Positions 36,482 through 45,888 of a stretch of 63,070 bases of DNA are shown piece by piece. The stretch spans positions 1 through 63,070 of the IMG/VR virus record IMGVR_UViG_3300038492_000082; one strand, written 5' to 3'. The translations under genes were made by a program, and so were the position numbers. How positions within the stretch are numbered: the first letter of the stretch is position 1; every line of letters begins with the position of its first letter. The notes under the pieces are model-generated. The model had not been told where the DNA came from. It worked only from the letters and a program-made list of their open reading frames with translations, and did not search any database. Origin of the DNA: a virus (taxonomy: Duplodnaviria > Caudoviricetes).

Positions 36482-37392
36482 CACTTCCTCCTGTTGGTAC
36501 GCCGTACACGGCGCATCGTTGCTTGTAGAACTCCCATGCCCATCTGCATCCGTCGTTGAGTTCCCATCCATCGATCTGATGCGTTATCACCTGAGCAGGG
36601 TCAAGTCCCTCCAGTTTGTGTCGTCGGTCGGCGTAGATCCACTGTCCCGTCTGCAACCCACTCTCGCGAGCGTGACGCTCAGCCTCCCGGTAGTTGTATG
36701 CGAAGATCGCGTGCTTCACAGGTATCTCCAAATGATGACGGCCGTCAGAACGCACAAGAACCCGCCGGTGAGCATGGTCTTCGCCAACTCAATCGGCAGG
36801 AACATGCGCTTTCGCCAGGTCTCTTCGAGCACCAGTCCCCCGATGACGAAGAGAAGCAGGCCGACCGCGTCCATCACTTGTTGTCGGGACAGGCAGTGCG
36901 ATGCCCTCCTCCGATGACGGTACACTTGCGGCACCATCCGGCTGAGTTCGCTCCGTAGTTGTCAGGCAACTGCGGTTCCTGTCCGTCCCCGCCGCAATGG
37001 TAGCAGTCTCCAGTCTGCTCGCGGTTCTTCTTGTCCCTGTATCTCACCGTCCGCGTTCCGTCGCAGACTGTGCAGGTCGTGTCAGTGTTCATTTCTTCCA
37101 CCTTCTTATTCTGACGAATCGGTGCAGCAAGTGACTCGGCGGCGGGTAGTCGTGCGGCCAGAGGAACCACTTCCTGAACCCTCTGTCATACCAAACGTAC
37201 TTCCCGTCCAACGGGTCACTCATTCTCCTCCTCCGTCGGTTCGTTGCTGTAGTGGCACACCGTCTCCTCGTACCACGTCGTTCCACAGTAGCGACACGTG
37301 TGATGCTCACCGCTCGCGTCGCTGTATGAAGTACCGTCCGGAACGTGTCCGCGCTCCAGACAAATCTGGTACTCCTCCCACTTCGATTTCAT
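36474..37392 (-). other. Run of five very small coupled ORFs (36474-36719, 36716-36874, 36874-37092, 37089-37223, 37216-37392), including a TM peptide and CxxC proteins
   Basis: Overlapping start/stop codons and RBS-like purine runs. Confidence 0.5.
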
Positions 37393-37958
37393 GCACCCTC
37401 CCGCTCTCTGTTGTAGTTGGTCCACTCTCTGTGCAGCACGCGCCGGATCTTCCCCCGGATGGTCGGGTAGAAGGACCAGTTGTGCGACACGTTCCCCGTT
37501 ATGATGATGGTCTTGAAGGGCTTCAGCGGTTCGTGGACGAAGTGCCGATGAGTAGCCCGACGGAAGTGAGGACGCCACGCGCGCACGACCCGGCTGTTGA
37601 GCCTTCCGTCCTCGCTCTGCACAGTCTCGTAGTAACTGCGCAACGGAATCGTGATGAACCACCACGGATGATCGTGCGGCGCAGCGTCATCGTCCCCCGC
37701 GTAAAACGTGTGAATGCGTATGCCGAAGCCGAGCCACCGACACCAGAACATGCGACGGTCCAGATACAGCTCGTGCCACTGTCCGTCGAACCTCTCGATC
37801 GGTATGTGACCGGGTCGGTCCGGAACGAACGTGCCGTCCGTCGGCGCCGGGAACCAGACCTGATCGTGAAGAAAACCGACGCCTCGTCTGCGAGTTCCCC
37901 TCGGCCAATCACTTATCGTCTTGACGTAGCTGCGACGCTTGCTATCCAACTGTGCCAC
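37389..37958 (-). CDS. Cupin-fold protein
   Basis: IRIH.F...DDD..PHDHPW.F...YYE and H.H.V metal-binding motifs. Confidence 0.65.
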   Translation of the reverse strand: MAQLDSKRRSYVKTISDWPRGTRRRGVGFLHDQVWFPAPTDGTFVPDRPGHIPIERFDGQWHELYLDRRMFWCRWLGFGIRIHTFYAGDDDAAPHDHPWWFITIPLRSYYETVQSEDGRLNSRVVRAWRPHFRRATHRHFVHEPLKPFKTIIITGNVSHNWSFYPTIRGKIRRVLHREWTNYNREREGA

Positions 37959-39021
37959 TGTCGTCTCCTATGCGCTCGTAAAGCTCGGCGTGATCCTTCA
38001 GGTACTTGACCACGGCCGGACCGTCCTTGTTGAGCAGCGCGTCGTTCAGCTCCGCCTTACTCCACTCGTGCAGCTTCAGCCAACGCTTGATCACCTCGCC
38101 GTCGTTGGTGTGTACCGCGACCAGAACGTGATCGATCTTCGCGTGCGGGTCAATCTCCACGAGGATGTTGTCCCACAGATACCGCTGATCGTCCGGCAAG
38201 TTCCCGGCCGGTAGCGTCTTGGTCGCCTGCTCGTGGCGCAGCGCGTTCACGTCTACCTGCTCCGGCACGTCCTCGCTGGCCTCCGGTCGTCTGTCCCTCA
38301 GCTTGCCCTGCTGATAGTCCGGGTCGTGACCGATGCCGTCGCCGTCGGCGCGCACCTCCTCAGCGTCACCCTCTATGCCGCCAACGAACTCGGCGAGCTG
38401 ATCGTGAAACTCCTCGAACACCGCCTCGGGCTGGCGCAGTACCAGCGGCTTCCAGTCCTCCTTGGGATTGGTGAGCGCCTGACCGCTGACCACCTTGAGC
38501 AGCAAGTTCCGCGTGAGTCCGATGTCCCAGACGCAGTAGTCGATCACCGCGCCGATGTTGCCGCGCTGCCAATCCACCGGAGCGTATGCGCCGTGACCGC
38601 TCTTCCTCTGCCCAAAGTTCGCCTCGCACATCGCGTCCAGTCCGAAGCCGCCGTGCGTCTTGGGAACGAACGTCGTGGGGTCAAGACCCGCTGCGCGCCA
38701 GATCTCCCGAAGGATGTCGTAGCGCGGAGTGACCACGTCGTCGAATCCGAGCACGCTCACCGATAGCAACTCGTCGTCGAATCCCACGTTGTTGAACCCG
38801 ACCAGGAGGTCGGCGTCGCAGAACAACTCGATCATCTGGTCGAAGTTGTCAGCACAGAACACGCGCATCCTCTCCTCGCCGCTGTCGTACGCGCAAACGG
38901 TACTCACTCCCATGTTCTTGTAGTCGCGCCAGCCGTCGCAGTACTCAATGCCCGGTATCGGCTCCTCGCCACGCTTCAGTATCGCCTTCTTGATCTCGGC
39001 GTCGTATATCACAATCCTCAT
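37942..39021 (-). CDS. RNase H-like 3'-5' exonuclease with C-terminal extension
   Basis: YDAEI, VGFNNVGFD, YDIL, GLD, DYCVWDI (DEDD-like). Confidence 0.8.
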   Translation of the reverse strand: MRIVIYDAEIKKAILKRGEEPIPGIEYCDGWRDYKNMGVSTVCAYDSGEERMRVFCADNFDQMIELFCDADLLVGFNNVGFDDELLSVSVLGFDDVVTPRYDILREIWRAAGLDPTTFVPKTHGGFGLDAMCEANFGQRKSGHGAYAPVDWQRGNIGAVIDYCVWDIGLTRNLLLKVVSGQALTNPKEDWKPLVLRQPEAVFEEFHDQLAEFVGGIEGDAEEVRADGDGIGHDPDYQQGKLRDRRPEASEDVPEQVDVNALRHEQATKTLPAGNLPDDQRYLWDNILVEIDPHAKIDHVLVAVHTNDGEVIKRWLKLHEWSKAELNDALLNKDGPAVVKYLKDHAELYERIGDDSGTVG

Positions 39022-39266
39022 TGCTTCTTCTCCCGGTTCCACTTTCTCATCTTCTCGGCCAACTCCCGCGCCTCGCACTGCTTCGCGACTTGCGCCTCAG
39101 TCATGCCGCCATTGTTGTTCGCCTTGACCACGCCGTACATCGTGGCCCAGACCTCGACCGTCTCCGCGGCAAGCTCGTCGTTCGCTCGCAGTACGAATAT
39201 AGGCTCGTCGTCCTCAGCCTTGTTGATGCACGAGTTCGGGTGCGCCAGCTCATCCTTCTTCAGCAT
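39018..39266 (-). CDS. Small hypothetical protein
   Basis: SCINKA.DDEPIFVLRA.D.LA...V..WA motif. Confidence 0.7.
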   Translation of the reverse strand: MLKKDELAHPNSCINKAEDDEPIFVLRANDELAAETVEVWATMYGVVKANNNGGMTEAQVAKQCEARELAEKMRKWNREKKQ

Positions 39267-39684
39267 GGTACGGCTCCTTCAGCATGCAGACCCACTCGTT
39301 CGCGTTGTGTATGGCGACCTCGCCGTTCTGTCTGTCTATAACAAGGTAGCCGTCCTGATCTACCAGCGTCCCGGTCACGTCCTCGTACATGATGCGTCGG
39401 TTTCCCTTCAGCGTGACGAGCACCTTGCACGTCGGCTTGTCCGGCTCGGCTGGCATGAACAGTCCCGGCGCGCGGCCGATAGCCGCCTCGTCCAGCATGC
39501 TTCGCATCCGCCCGGTCTTTTCAAGCTCGTCATCAACGCTGCGCTGCGCACCGAACACTCCATCTATCGCCTCGCCGACCACGTCACGCTCCGTCAGTTG
39601 GATCGTACTCAATGAGTCTTGGATCTGCTGGAGCGCAATCTCCGCCACTCTCGCGGCCAGATCCCCGATCGTTATGTTCTTCAC
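39250..39684 (-). CDS. Hypothetical protein
   Basis: GAGGAGG RBS; GTG start. Confidence 0.55.
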   Translation of the reverse strand: MKNITIGDLAARVAEIALQQIQDSLSTIQLTERDVVGEAIDGVFGAQRSVDDELEKTGRMRSMLDEAAIGRAPGLFMPAEPDKPTCKVLVTLKGNRRIMYEDVTGTLVDQDGYLVIDRQNGEVAIHNANEWVCMLKEPYHAEEG

Positions 39685-39922
39685 CTTCTATCCTCCTCGT
39701 TGTAAATGCGTATCCCGGTTCCATGTCCGGGCCAAACTCCTCCAACTGCATCGCGGTCAGTTCGCACGTGTCGGTGTCGCCGTGGCAGTACACCGTGAAT
39801 CGCGTCGTGTCCGCGCAGAAGTTGGGTTCCCTCACCACCTTGTCCACCGGCTTCTCGCAGATGGCGCAACGGATGACCATGCACTTGAGATCAAGCGCGC
39901 TTACGTGATCCCTTAGTCCCAC
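39584..39922 (-). CDS. Hypothetical protein with CxxC
   Basis: IRCAICEKPV...VYCHG motif. Confidence 0.5.
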   Translation of the reverse strand: MGLRDHVSALDLKCMVIRCAICEKPVDKVVREPNFCADTTRFTVYCHGDTDTCELTAMQLEEFGPDMEPGYAFTTRRIEGEEHNDRGSGRESGGDCAPADPRLIEYDPTDGA

Positions 39923-40151
39923 TCAGTCTCCTCTGCCTCGTCGTCTCCTCCCTGCAAAACTTGCTGACCTCGTCCATGCAGTCAGGATTGAATATGGTGT
40001 TCGGCTCCGGGAAGAATGCGTACTGACGCCATCGGCCGTAGTACCTTATCTCACCCAGGAGCGCGTCGTTCCGCGTGGCTATCACGCTCCAGATGCGGGT
40101 CTTCCCGCTCGGCGTGTAGCGCGGCCCGACGAATCGTATGTACGGGTTCAC
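39891..40151 (-). CDS. Hypothetical protein
   Basis: KTRIWSV...LGEI.YY..WRQYAFFP....FN.DC motif. Confidence 0.65.
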   Translation of the reverse strand: MNPYIRFVGPRYTPSGKTRIWSVIATRNDALLGEIRYYGRWRQYAFFPEPNTIFNPDCMDEVSKFCREETTRQRRLSGTKGSRKRA

Positions 40152-42124
40152 TTGCGCTTCCTCATCACGGTAGTCTTCTTCTCAAAGTTCGCCGCCCACT
40201 CCTTGTTCGCTCCCACTCGCTCGCGCCAGTAGTCGCAGTTCTTGATGGCGATCAGCCTCTGCTGTCCGCCCTTCGTCAGTCGCACCGGGCTGCTGTTGCG
40301 CACCGCGCCGAGCATGACCAGCGCGTTACTGAGCATCACGGCGTTCGTGCCTCGCTTCAGGTCCTCAGGCAACCACATCATGATGGAGCGCAGCGGAAAC
40401 ACGTCCTTGCGCATGGTTTCTCGCGCTATCTTCGCGTCTCCCACCGCCTCGGCCACCGCCGCCTCGGGATCCTCCATCAACTCCTTCACCCACTGTTGCA
40501 GGCTGGTGAGCCCCGCGTCCTTCATCATGCGCTTGTCGGTGGTCTCCGGCGGCGGAGCCAGCGGGTTGAAGTCCTCGCAGTTCACTCTGTGCTCCAGGTA
40601 GTGCATGAACGCGGCGGGTCCTCCGTCTCGCTTGCGCCACTTGTCCAGCTTGCGCCAGAAGGTGAGCGGTCGTTGCGTGTCCAGTTTGCCGACGAAGAAG
40701 CGCCGGTCGGTCTGGTCCATGAGTATCGCGTCCGGCTTGTTACTGGTGAACATGAGGTTGGCGCAGTTAGGAAGGTCGTACGTCGGGACGTACTTCTCGT
40801 TGATGGTGACCACGTTGTTCGTGATGATGTGCTTGAGTATGCCGCTGTCCGCCACGCTGCGCCGCTGGCTGACCTCCTCTCCCAGGATGAATTGCTTGTT
40901 GCGCATCCAGACGAAGCTGTCGTCGTGCAACTCTACTGACGTGATGATGTTGGCGTTGCGCCCGTAGATGTCTCGCATCACGTCGCCGATGAACGTCTTG
41001 CCGGTTCCCTGCTCCACCGACCAGAGCAGGACAGCCGTGAACATCTTCGTTCCCGGGTTCTGGATCGGGTACGCCAGCCACTTCAGCAGCCACTCCCACC
41101 CCTCTATGCTCTTGACGACCTCCAGAAACTGGCCGACGTTGCCGCGCTTGGACTCCACTCCCCATCCAGGCCAGTCGTTCAACTCTCCGTTGACGAACTG
41201 CGGCTTCCCCGGTGCGTAGGTCATGCGATCGGCCATGCGCATGTAAGGCCACTGAACCCACTCGTCCACCGCCGCGATCTGCTTCCCACTCTCGCTGGTC
41301 ACCTTCAGCGCGCCGTATCTGCGCTTGAGCCGCGCCACGTCTCCGTAAAGGATGCGCTCGTGCGTTGAGAAGTAGGTCTGCGTATCCTTGATGTAGACGA
41401 GGTCCTCGTTAAGCTGACTCATCAACTCGCTGTTCGGCGCCTCGGCAACGTGCAGCTTCTGGTACGCCTGCTTCCCCTTGGCCACCAGGAAGTCGTCCAG
41501 CTTGCTGACTCCGTCCTCGTTCGGCAGGTGACGCACGAACACTCGCGCGCCCTTCTTCGTCAACATGCCGGTGAGCGCGTCGAGCGCACGCGCCACGTTC
41601 TCGTTCGTGTACATGTCGCCGTCGTAACAGACCTCGACCTCTCGGCCCTTCCAGGTGAACCACTTGAGGTCGGGGATCTCCTTGAGGTGCCACTTCTTGC
41701 TCGTGAACGACCACACGCCACCGAGCGCGATGCACGGCATCCCCATGTTGGTCGCGCACGCGGCCTTCTTCTCGCCCTCGGTGATGATGATGCGCTGGTT
41801 AGGATCCTCGCACACCTTGACCCAGTCTATCAGCGGCGGCAGGTAGAGGTGAGGTATGGTCTTCTCGTTCTGCGCGTACTTGATCCCGATGTCCTCGTCG
41901 GTGAGCGGAAACAGCTTCCACCGATGATACTTCAGGTCCTCGCCTCTCGGTCCATAGTAAGGTATGGTGTACGCGACCGCGTCCTCGATCCCGGTCTCTG
42001 CCAACGTCTGGACCTTCGTTAGCATGTCACTGAGACCGAGCTTCCGCACGATCGCCGGCTTGTTCAAACCACTGCGCTCAAGGTCGTCCGCGCGCAGCAG
42101 CGCGAGCATGTCCCGCTTTGCCAC
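40148..42124 (-). CDS. Primase-helicase (DUF3854/Toprim primase plus DUF5906 SF3-type helicase)
   Basis: IITEGEKKA, LGGVW, CYDGD, KLDDFL (Toprim); QGTGKT Walker A; GEE Walker B; TSN...DRRF. Confidence 0.88.
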   Translation of the reverse strand: MAKRDMLALLRADDLERSGLNKPAIVRKLGLSDMLTKVQTLAETGIEDAVAYTIPYYGPRGEDLKYHRWKLFPLTDEDIGIKYAQNEKTIPHLYLPPLIDWVKVCEDPNQRIIITEGEKKAACATNMGMPCIALGGVWSFTSKKWHLKEIPDLKWFTWKGREVEVCYDGDMYTNENVARALDALTGMLTKKGARVFVRHLPNEDGVSKLDDFLVAKGKQAYQKLHVAEAPNSELMSQLNEDLVYIKDTQTYFSTHERILYGDVARLKRRYGALKVTSESGKQIAAVDEWVQWPYMRMADRMTYAPGKPQFVNGELNDWPGWGVESKRGNVGQFLEVVKSIEGWEWLLKWLAYPIQNPGTKMFTAVLLWSVEQGTGKTFIGDVMRDIYGRNANIITSVELHDDSFVWMRNKQFILGEEVSQRRSVADSGILKHIITNNVVTINEKYVPTYDLPNCANLMFTSNKPDAILMDQTDRRFFVGKLDTQRPLTFWRKLDKWRKRDGGPAAFMHYLEHRVNCEDFNPLAPPPETTDKRMMKDAGLTSLQQWVKELMEDPEAAVAEAVGDAKIARETMRKDVFPLRSIMMWLPEDLKRGTNAVMLSNALVMLGAVRNSSPVRLTKGGQQRLIAIKNCDYWRERVGANKEWAANFEKKTTVMRKRK

Positions 42125-42126
42125 GG

Positions 42127-42444
42127 TCAGCTCGCTCGCTTAGTGTTGCCGCTCCCCCTCGGTTTCTTCTTCGGTATCTTTCGCATCCGCTTGTCGATCA
42201 CGTCGTCAAGCGCCTCCCTCACCAACTCCTGAACGGCCACTCCCTCGATCTTCGCGATGCCCCGTAATAGGTGCAGCGTGCGAACTTCAACGTACATGGG
42301 ATGCTGCGCTTTGCTGCGCAACGGGATTCCCTCAGCTTCGGCTGCCAAACCCTGATACTGCTTCGCGTAGTGCTCGGCCTCCTTTTTCTGTTCGTCTTTT
42401 CGTAGCTGTCTCATCTGCGCAGCACTCAGTCTCGCATCGCCCAT
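42127..42444 (-). CDS. Ribbon-helix-helix-like regulator
   Basis: HPMYVE...LRGIAKIEGVAVQELVREALDD pattern; first gene of the early arm. Confidence 0.6.
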   Translation of the reverse strand: MGDARLSAAQMRQLRKDEQKKEAEHYAKQYQGLAAEAEGIPLRSKAQHPMYVEVRTLHLLRGIAKIEGVAVQELVREALDDVIDKRMRKIPKKKPRGSGNTKRAS

Positions 42445-42962
42445 CGCGGTACTTCCTCCTCGGTCACATGTATCCCCCGGCGCGGCTGCGCTGGCAGGGC
42501 TGTCAAGTATACGTTATGTAAGGCAGCGCGTACAACCGTATAGGAATCAGGGGGTTATGGGGTCATGTTGCCTGTATGGGGTAATCGTGGATCAGGCTGG
42601 TACGGGCCGATTCAGTGCTACGGCTGCGGCGCTTCCCTACCCCCTACTACTTTCTTTCACCACCTTAGTTTTTAGTTACTAACTAAATATACAACTCCTT
42701 TCCTTCTTTACCTCCTCCTCTATTAAATAGGTGTATCACTGTATCACCAGTATCAACTCCGGCTGCGCTCGTATCGTCGGTGAATCATTCTGTAGCACTA
42801 CGCGCGCACGCGCTCGCGAGGGTACTATTTCCGCCCAAGGAGAGCGGCGGTACTTCCGGTTCCACTCTGAGTCGCGAGCTTTGGTACTTCCTCCTCGTCG
42901 TCTTAGGTTCCCAACCGACGTGTCGTCGCTCTCCGCTTGATCAGATAGGGAACGACGAGTGG
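42445..42962. promoter_or_regulatory. Divergent control region (promoters, possible origin or pac site)
   Basis: Large gap between the divergent arms; AT-rich and pyrimidine tract at ~42630-42730; GTATCA x3. Confidence 0.6.
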
Positions 42963-43760
42963 ATGGCAACCAAGAAGACAACGCGCAAGACTGCAAAGAA
43001 GTCTGGAGCGAAAAAGAAAGCGACGAAGAAGAAAGTCGCGAAGAAGACGAGTGGGAAGAAGGCGTCTTCTCGGAGATCCGTCCGAGCGTCCGGAACCTCG
43101 CGCGCGAAGAAGGCTGCGAAGAAGTCCTCCACCCCACGGAAGAAGAAGGTCGCCAAGAAGAAGAAGAAGAAGAAGGCGAAGAAGAAGGTCGTCCGCAAGA
43201 AGCCTACGAAGGCCGAGCGGAGGGCGACGCACGGAACGCGCCGGAAGCCTTCTCACGGAGGTCGGGAGAGAGCCAAGGAAATCTTGGATTACTTCGACAC
43301 CGGCGCGCTGAAGGACAAGACAGAGGGGGAGATAGTAGAACTGAAGATGGCGTTCCTGAGAGCCTACGCGAAGAGGGGCATCGTCCGAGACGGTACAATC
43401 GCGGCTGGCATCAGTTGGGGACAGTATCATCGGTGGAGAGAGACAGACGAGGGGTTCAACACGGGATGCAAGGCGGCGGAGGCAATGGCCGAGGACTTCC
43501 TCGAATCGGAGGCTCACCGCCGAGCCGTGGAGGGTTTCGACCGTCCAGTCATCTATCAGGGCGAGATAACGGACACGTACACGGACTACTCCGACACATT
43601 GATGGCGATGCTACTGAAGGGGTACAAGAAGGACAAGTACAAGGATCGCAAGGAACACAGCACACCGCCAGGACAGCCGCTGAAGCTGGAAGCCGAGACG
43701 AAGGATAGCGTGGTCAGCTCCATCCTCGGCATGATAACGAACAAGCCTGACCCGGAATGA
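42963..43760 (+). CDS. terS: Terminase small subunit with long Lys-rich N-terminal tail
   Basis: AFLRAY...G.V..G..AAGI...Y.RWR..D..F HTH; LESEAHRRAVEG...YSDTL...LLKG. Confidence 0.8.
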   Translation: MATKKTTRKTAKKSGAKKKATKKKVAKKTSGKKASSRRSVRASGTSRAKKAAKKSSTPRKKKVAKKKKKKKAKKKVVRKKPTKAERRATHGTRRKPSHGGRERAKEILDYFDTGALKDKTEGEIVELKMAFLRAYAKRGIVRDGTIAAGISWGQYHRWRETDEGFNTGCKAAEAMAEDFLESEAHRRAVEGFDRPVIYQGEITDTYTDYSDTLMAMLLKGYKKDKYKDRKEHSTPPGQPLKLEAETKDSVVSSILGMITNKPDPE

Positions 43761-43775
43761 ATGAAAGGAAGGAAG

Positions 43776-44720
43776 ATGAGACGTAATTGGGGACTACTTC
43801 TACTGATGCTCGCTGGCACGGCGCAAGCCGACCTGATAACGAACGTAGATTTGCAGCTACGCAACAACGAGTCTTTCACGCTGTTCATGGACAACGACAG
43901 CGAGGGCATCACCAGTTGGACCGTCGAGTTGGAGGGTGTCGGGAACAGCGGATGGGACATAGTCAACAACGCCGTGCCGCACACTCCGGACGTCGGCAGC
44001 AATAATGACGGCAACGCCGTCGACACCATGACGTGGAACCCGGCGAACCCGAACTTCGGTGAACTGGAGATTAGCGGCGACATTGACGGCGGTGTCAGTG
44101 GAGTACGCATCACGTTGAACTACGCGAACGGCGAGACGAGGATCCTTGACGCCACGCGCAGCGGACAGAACATTCCATTCTTGTGGAGCGCCGCCATCAA
44201 CGAGCCTGACAGCGGGCCTCCTCCTGTCGGTCCCATCGTGGACGGTCAGGGCGAGGCGATGCTGAGTTGGGTTGCACCGACCGAGAACGAGGACGGTACG
44301 ACCATCCAGCCCGGCGAGCTTTCAGGATTCGGCATCTATTGGAGTACGCTGTCGCGGAACGGACGCTGCGGCAGTTATCCAACGACGCTCCTGGATGGCC
44401 AGTGCTACGACAACGCGCTGGACATCAACGATCCCACGGCTGTCAGTGCCGACGTGACGCTGGACCTGGACGAGGACACGACCGTGTACTTCGCGGCGAC
44501 CGCGTACAAGATCGTCCCCGATCCGGCGAACCCCGGCGAGACGAGGACGCTGATCAGCAAGTGGAGCAACGAGATAGCGAAGCGGTTCGAAGTGGAGGTG
44601 ACGTTGCCTCCGGAGCCTGAGCCGCCGCTGCCGCCAACGACATTCGATGTGACCGTCACGTTGACATGCACGACCGACACGGAGGGTGCGACGTGCGAAG
44701 TCAAGGAGGTTACACCGTGA
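43776..44720 (+). CDS. Exported protein with fibronectin type III-like domain
   Basis: Signal peptide ending AQA; LSWVAPTENEDGT...LSGFGIYW...YFAATAY...S.WSNE. Confidence 0.65.
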   Translation: MRRNWGLLLLMLAGTAQADLITNVDLQLRNNESFTLFMDNDSEGITSWTVELEGVGNSGWDIVNNAVPHTPDVGSNNDGNAVDTMTWNPANPNFGELEISGDIDGGVSGVRITLNYANGETRILDATRSGQNIPFLWSAAINEPDSGPPPVGPIVDGQGEAMLSWVAPTENEDGTTIQPGELSGFGIYWSTLSRNGRCGSYPTTLLDGQCYDNALDINDPTAVSADVTLDLDEDTTVYFAATAYKIVPDPANPGETRTLISKWSNEIAKRFEVEVTLPPEPEPPLPPTTFDVTVTLTCTTDTEGATCEVKEVTP

Positions 44721-45484
44721 CGCTTCGGCGAGCGCTGAGAAGGTATGGAGCGGTCGGCATTTGCGTCGCCGTCGCATTATCCTGGAGCCACTCGGCGCTC
44801 GCTGATCGCGATAAGTGTGACCCGAAGTGGGAGCGCATGGGGATGTGCAACAACGATACCCCGGCGGAGGTGAACGTAGATGTCGAAGCGGAAGCGAGGG
44901 CAAGGTCCGACAGCCAAAGCGATGCGAGGTCCGAGGCCACTGGTGGAGCAGCCGAAGCACACGGATACGGAGGAGACTCGTCCGGACAGGCTACGAGCGT
45001 GTCTAACGAGAGTGCGTATATCGCAGTGCAGCGGAACCTCCCTTCGGCTGTCGGATGCTTCGGGCCGGTCGATGGCGGAGGTGGTGAGGGTGGAGGATTT
45101 GCCTTCTTCGGATGGACACCGCTGAACAAGGATTGCTGGAGTCAGGAGGTCAGTGCCGGGTACGAGGACCACATGATCAAGAGTCGCCTGGAGTGCGGCA
45201 GCAAGTGGTTCAGGAATGCGATAGGTTTTGAAATACGTCGGCGCGACAGACAGCGATACTGCGTCGATTGGATGGAGGAGCGTTACGTCGCCGGCGTGGA
45301 GTACGCACGGCGTCAGCTCGATCTGTTGGAGGCGCAACGAGCGTACGACGACGCACTCCACAACACGAAGGAAAAGCTGAAGGCATGCAGAGACGAGAGC
45401 GACTTGCTGGTACACAAGCTCGGAGTGAGCGAGGAGGCGACGCGTCGCGCGACGGAAGCGTGGCACGAGTGCCTGAGGAAGTAG
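44717..45484 (+). CDS. Exported Cys-rich protein
   Basis: Signal peptide ending ALA; many Cys; C-terminal coiled coil; AGGAGG RBS. Confidence 0.6.
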   Translation: MTLRRALRRYGAVGICVAVALSWSHSALADRDKCDPKWERMGMCNNDTPAEVNVDVEAEARARSDSQSDARSEATGGAAEAHGYGGDSSGQATSVSNESAYIAVQRNLPSAVGCFGPVDGGGGEGGGFAFFGWTPLNKDCWSQEVSAGYEDHMIKSRLECGSKWFRNAIGFEIRRRDRQRYCVDWMEERYVAGVEYARRQLDLLEAQRAYDDALHNTKEKLKACRDESDLLVHKLGVSEEATRRATEAWHECLRK

Positions 45485-45712
45485 GATGCAGACGACGGGA
45501 CAACTTGGAGGACTACCCGCTGGCGCAGTACGGCGGATGGCAGTGGCGACGGCCGAGGAACGAGCGGGAGGGAACGTTGTCGCTGGACGAACACATTCGC
45601 CGCGATCGGCAGCGCACTCGGCCCACGTTCGGCGAGGTGAAGCGCGAGCTGACGGACTTCCAGAAGGAGCGTCGGCTGTTCCACAGGCTGCGAGCCGAGA
45701 AGGTGGAGCGCG

Positions 45713-45874
45713 GTGAGGGGCAAGTCACAGACGCGAACGGTTCGGCACGGTCAGGGCAAGCACAGAACGGTCGGTCCTTCGGAGGAGACTCCCGCGTTTA
45801 AGAACAGAAGAGTAAAGAACCGCAAACGGAACAAGGCGGCTAAAGAGGCAAGGAAGCGAAACCGTAAGAAGTGA
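45713..45874 (+). CDS. 53-aa highly basic peptide
   Basis: ...KNRRVKNRKRNKAAKEARKRNRKK; GGAG upstream of GTG. Confidence 0.4.
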   Translation: MRGKSQTRTVRHGQGKHRTVGPSEETPAFKNRRVKNRKRNKAAKEARKRNRKK

Positions 45875-45888
45875 GGAGAGGAAGTACC

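Noticed and set aside
42470..42506. Minus-strand TTGACA as a sigma70 promoter for the early arm
   Set aside because: No -10-like hexamer at 16-18 nt spacing.
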